DNA of 64,000 nt. Source: Bigelowiella natans CCMP2755. Its lineage: Eukaryota > Protista > Cercozoa. The first letter of the stretch is position 1; each line of letters begins with the position of its first letter. Positions 63,309-64,000 of this stretch are shown in pieces. The stretch spans positions 8,040 through 72,039 of the forward strand of contig ADNK01001740.1 of the NCBI GenBank assembly GCA_000320545.1, given 5' to 3'. Made by a program: the position numbers and the translations under genes. The notes under the pieces are model-generated. The model saw only the letters and a list, made by a program, of their open reading frames with translations. It was not told the DNA's origin and did not search any database.

Positions 63309-64000
63309 GACTTGAGTGATCGCAGCTGTCCGGCGGATGTGAAACGAATCCTCAATTGTTTTCCTTTTGTGGCAAGCTGCTTGGGGAGGATGCGGATGAG
63401 TCATCACCTTCCCGCCCTCCGATGATCCTTTCAGACCTCTTTCAAGAACCAATTTGCGCGTTCATTCAATCACTTGTTGTGGCATTTGTCACTGGAGGAA
63501 GAACTGAGATCCAAGCTGCGGAACGCGTGCGTGTTCCAGGACTGCGCGCTTGGAATGCCCTTTTTGAAAGGTCGCTTGGAATGTGCCATGGAACACGTGC
63601 TTGGCATGCACGTTTGAAAAACACGCACACCAAGCACGCATTCCATGGAATGTGCGCTCATTTCATCACTTCATCATCCGCACTCCGCCGTGTTCTCACG
63701 CACTTCTCCAGGTGCAACCAGCTGGCAGACGCGCTGCTTGCCAATGCTTGCAGTTGCACGTCAATGCAATCAAAGCTTTGAAAACAAAAACACTGAAACC
63801 CTGATGATGAAAACACGTTGTGAGCTTGAGCATGCATGCTGAAACAAGCTCCCAAGAGGACATCACCGCTCGCACGCGGGTCTTTTGACTTTTGCGCGCG
63901 CGTTTCACTTGCTGCTGCAACTAGCTCAGTTGAACACATCACATCACCGCCACTTTCAGATGAAATGGCAACACTTTTCCCCAACATTGTTTCGCTGACT

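Larger units (their letters stand above)
60450..64000. other. TpA-depleted block running off the window end, with depletion increasing rightwards
   Basis: 63041-64000 has a single TpA (CTAG at 63921-63924) in 960 bp, and CpG is retained (e.g. GCGCGCGCG, CGCACGCGGG). Confidence 0.95.

Noticed and set aside
63356-63781. Resemblance to Ty1/copia reverse transcriptase (RSLGMCHGTRAWHARL versus KSLYGLKQAPRAWYERL)
   Set aside because: The spacing and flanking motifs do not line up and no YVDD motif was seen. It is worth a BLASTx after back-conversion but not supportable by eye.
8387-64000. Numerous 60-180 aa ORFs rich in Cys, His, Met and Ala inside the TpA-depleted blocks (e.g. 8796-9185, 13617-13979, 38678-38917, 50072-50431, 63356-63987)
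   Set aside because: Without TpA, TAA and most TAG stops cannot occur, so open frames arise on both strands by chance. None shows a family motif.
63041-64000. CpG-methylation decay or fungal-type RIP as the cause of the TpG/CpA excess
   Set aside because: CpG is retained here and TpA is the missing dinucleotide. RIP would increase TpA. The DUF1996 Tyr to Cys/His changes indicate TA to TG/CA polarity.

Overview
This is intron-rich eukaryotic nuclear DNA. A bipartite plastid-targeting leader points to an alga with a secondary plastid; a chlorarachniophyte-like host is my inference, not a determination. I reconstructed the genes by eye from splice signals and conserved motifs, so exon boundaries are approximate. 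They are: a SWEET sugar transporter, an intronless GH16 beta-1,3-glucanase, a plastid-targeted STN7/STN8-like pseudokinase, SPF30/SMNDC1, a CobW/COG0523 GTPase, a C2-inositol 5-phosphatase-C2 protein, a kinesin-2-like motor apparently ending in a CaaX box, a tyrosine-kinase-type kinase, a C2H2 zinc-finger protein, a Ser/Thr kinase, a stand-alone PADR1 (PARP1 Zn3)-like protein, an ankyrin protein, zeta-COP and a decaying DUF1996-PA14 gene. The main signal lies between the genes. About ten intergenic blocks are depleted of TpA, the strongest almost completely, and most surviving TpA is in CTAG. CpG is retained and TpG/CpA are abundant. In 63041-64000 there is one TpA in 960 bp, whereas active-gene introns are full of (TA)n. 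The blocks contain a hAT element with 8-bp TSDs and gene-like fossils. The DUF1996 gene at one block edge shows Tyr codons replaced by Cys/His codons (TAY to TGY/CAY) along a positional gradient. This fits a targeted, context-specific A:T to G:C hypermutation, a mirror image of fungal RIP. I know of no description of such a system, but I cannot check the literature. Most short ORFs in the supplied track are spurious.
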